From Phycisphaerae bacterium (lineage in GTDB: Bacteria; Planctomycetota; Phycisphaerae; UBA1845; Fen-1342), in contig CAXXWX010000026.1 of assembly GCA_963675745.2 (NCBI GenBank), positions 224,001 through 288,000 of the forward strand: DNA of 64,000 bases, written 5' to 3'. Position 1 is the stretch's first letter; each line of letters opens with the position of its first letter. Shown one piece after another: positions 61,860 to 64,000 of this stretch. The notes under the pieces were generated by a model that searched no databases, was not told the origin of the DNA, and saw nothing but the letters and a program-made list of their open reading frames with translations. Both the position numbers and the translations under genes were made by a program.

Positions 61860-64000
61860 TCAGTGCCAGCCAGCCTGATCGATCCGCACGAAGCGATACC
61901 CCCGCATCGCCAATGCCCGCAGCAACGGGCCGACCTGCGTGTGCATCTTGTCCACCCGCTGTGAGCCCAGGTGCAGCAGCAGAATAAAGCCGTTGAGCCC
62001 GTTGTCGGCAGACTCCTCGAAGGCCAGGATGTCGTGCTGGATTTGCTCGGACGACACCCAACGCGCGTCCGTCTCCGGGATCCAATCGCGATTCGAGCCG
62101 CTGCCCGGCGTGAAGTTGAAGAGCGTCACACCCATCTCGCGCGACCAACGGACCTGATCCGCGTTGTACCACTCGTACGGCGGGATGAAAAACACGCGTT
62201 GCCCTGTCGGCAGGGCCCCAAGCCCGCGCAGTTGGCGAATGTTGCGCTCGAGGTCCGCAGCGAAATTCGCCCGCGTGACAAGCGTGTGTTCGCGATCTTC
62301 CCACGAGCAATACAGCGGATGCGCGTGGGAGTGCGGGCCGACGTAGTGCCCCTCAGCCGCCATGCGCCGGACAAGAGGTTGATACTCCTGTCGCGCGAGA
62401 TAATCACCGGTGACAAAGAACGCGGCCTTCGCGTTCAGCGCGCGGAGTGCGTCGAGAATCGGTTCGGTGCCTTCGCCGTGCTCGCCGCCGGTGAAGACAA
62501 GTGCAATCTGCTTCCGCGTGCTGTCTCCGCGAACCAGGGCCCCGTGATCATACGTATACGCCGGCCGCGCGGCGCACGCCGCCTCGTTCTCCCAAAGGTG
62601 CAAAAGCAGAAGCAGCGAGACCGTTCCGTCGATGATCGGCTCGTTGGTCGAAAAATCCTCGTAAACGTCGTGATAGACGGCGACGTCGGATTGAAACCGT
62701 GCTAGGCGGTCAGTGCCGAAGTCGGAGAATTTCAGTGAGTCATTGATATCCTTGTACACCGGGCCATCCACCAGACCACCGACCGGCAACAGGTCGGCCA
62801 GCTTGTGGCACAGGTGGTGCGGCCGGCTGGCAGCGACATCAGTGGTCGGTACGCCGATGACGAAGCTAATGCCCCACGGGTTTCGTCCGAAGATCCAGTC
62901 GCGCGCCTCGGTTGCCAACCCGCGATAGGTGCTGTCGCCCGTCATCTGCTCGTAGAGCACGGCCTGTGTCGCGAAGGCGATGACGTCGTTGGTCGAGCAC
63001 CACACCAGCGGCGTGCCCAGCCGATAGGGGTTTCGCTCGGCGCGGGCGCGGACGCGCTCCAGTCCCTTCCGATAGAACGCCGCCAGTTCCGCCTGCGTTT
63101 GGGGCTCGACCAGTTCATGGAGCCGCCAGTGCGCGAGGTTCACATAGGGGAAGAACTCGTAGTGCCCGTGGCGTTCCATTCCCATCCACTGGCTGGCCCC
63201 GGCCCGCCGCGCGTGGGCCACGGCCTCGCGCAGGTAGCGCGGGTCGTTCGTCGCGCGGTAAAGCTCCGTCGCCGCCCATTGCAGGTCATCGTGATAGGTG
63301 CTCTCGCCGTAGTAATACGGGGCGCGCACGGGCACCGACATGGCGCAACCGGGATGGGCCAGGCCAAGTTGGTACAGTGACTTCGCATGCTCGACATCAC
63401 CGTCCAGCGCAAGCGCCGCGGCACAGCGTCCCGCAAGGCTGGCGAGCCCGCTGGATGCGTTCTTGTGCTTGGGGCCCTCGGGCGCACCGGTCGCCCGCCA
63501 CGCCGAACGCGGCCCGCCCGGCCCCCAGCCGTAGTCGCTCTGATCCGTGTGCCAGAGTGTCTCCGGCGGCATATGGTCGCGGTCATCACCGATCTGCACA
63601 TAGAGCGTTTCGCTGTCGGGATGAATTCGCCGCAAAAGATCGGCGCCGTACGCCGCCTCGTCGGTCGCGCCGGCCAGCTTCAGCGCAGCCACACAGTACG
63701 ACGTGGTGATCATGTGTTTGAGGCGATCGGCGGCGTCGTGCCAGCCGCCGACGAGATTGACGTGTTTCTCCGTCTCTGTGTCGAGCGCATCCTGTTGATG
63801 GCACTTCTTGCCGGTAATGGGGTTGTCGCCGCAGCGCTGCAACCGCATGAAATAGAGCAGCTTCGCCGGAACCTGCGCATACGCGTCGGCGCCGATGTGA
63901 ATCTCGGGTGAGACGGTATCACCGACACGCAGCCGGTAGCTGCCGGGCGTGCGCAGCGCGCTGAAGTCGAGCCGGTAGTTGTGCGCAAACGGCCCCCACG
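61860..64000 (-). CDS. GH9 glycoside hydrolase fused to a polysaccharide deacetylase-like domain (5' end beyond the window)
   Basis: Frame open to the window edge (...RLDFSALRTPGSYRL Ig-like region); GGWHDAAD, WIFGRNPWG, TNEP (GH9); then ALVFTG, FFVTG, HSHAH, PPYE, LLLH (NodB-like). Confidence 0.88.
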   Translation of the reverse strand, partial: WGPFAHNYRLDFSALRTPGSYRLRVGDTVSPEIHIGADAYAQVPAKLLYFMRLQRCGDNPITGKKCHQQDALDTETEKHVNLVGGWHDAADRLKHMITTSYCVAALKLAGATDEAAYGADLLRRIHPDSETLYVQIGDDRDHMPPETLWHTDQSDYGWGPGGPRSAWRATGAPEGPKHKNASSGLASLAGRCAAALALDGDVEHAKSLYQLGLAHPGCAMSVPVRAPYYYGESTYHDDLQWAATELYRATNDPRYLREAVAHARRAGASQWMGMERHGHYEFFPYVNLAHWRLHELVEPQTQAELAAFYRKGLERVRARAERNPYRLGTPLVWCSTNDVIAFATQAVLYEQMTGDSTYRGLATEARDWIFGRNPWGISFVIGVPTTDVAASRPHHLCHKLADLLPVGGLVDGPVYKDINDSLKFSDFGTDRLARFQSDVAVYHDVYEDFSTNEPIIDGTVSLLLLLHLWENEAACAARPAYTYDHGALVRGDSTRKQIALVFTGGEHGEGTEPILDALRALNAKAAFFVTGDYLARQEYQPLVRRMAAEGHYVGPHSHAHPLYCSWEDREHTLVTRANFAADLERNIRQLRGLGALPTGQRVFFIPPYEWYNADQVRWSREMGVTLFNFTPGSGSNRDWIPETDARWVSSEQIQHDILAFEESADNGLNGFILLLHLGSQRVDKMHTQVGPLLRALAMRGYRFVRIDQAGWH

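Noticed and set aside
1..64000. tRNA, rRNA, prophage, integrase, transposase or defence genes
   Set aside because: None were recognised by eye; tRNAscan-SE, Infernal and HMM searches would be needed to exclude them formally.

Overview
GC-rich bacterial chromosomal segment, most likely from a Planctomycetota (Phycisphaerae-like) genome. This is inferred from the Cys-containing dockerin-like C-terminal tags, the ThrS insertion, and a dcw remnant that is not followed by ftsA/ftsZ. It holds about 45 protein genes. Housekeeping genes: recG, ribBA, clpS, thrS-infC, murC-murB-ddl-ftsQ-like, lpxB, larC, xylA and a YbaK-family gene. It also carries a betaine-lipid pair (btaB-btaA), many secreted or envelope proteins, sugar-related enzymes (GH172, PA14/DUF1080, a GH9-deacetylase fusion), an MMPL/LolA-like pair with two apparent +1 indels, and a sugar ABC pair with no ATPase. 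I saw no rRNA, tRNA, CRISPR array or transposase gene. Intergenic DNA is dense with REP/REPIN-like palindromes and inverted heptamer arrays. The best candidates for undescribed biology are: (1) a Thr-codon leader peptide with alternative RNA pairings upstream of thrS; (2) two DUF4203-like membrane genes in the ftsA-ftsZ position of the dcw cluster; (3) a shared dockerin-like C-terminal tag on three unrelated secreted proteins; (4) REP elements showing tandem amplification and apparently bracketing a cargo gene. All family calls come from motif recognition by eye; no database searches were run.
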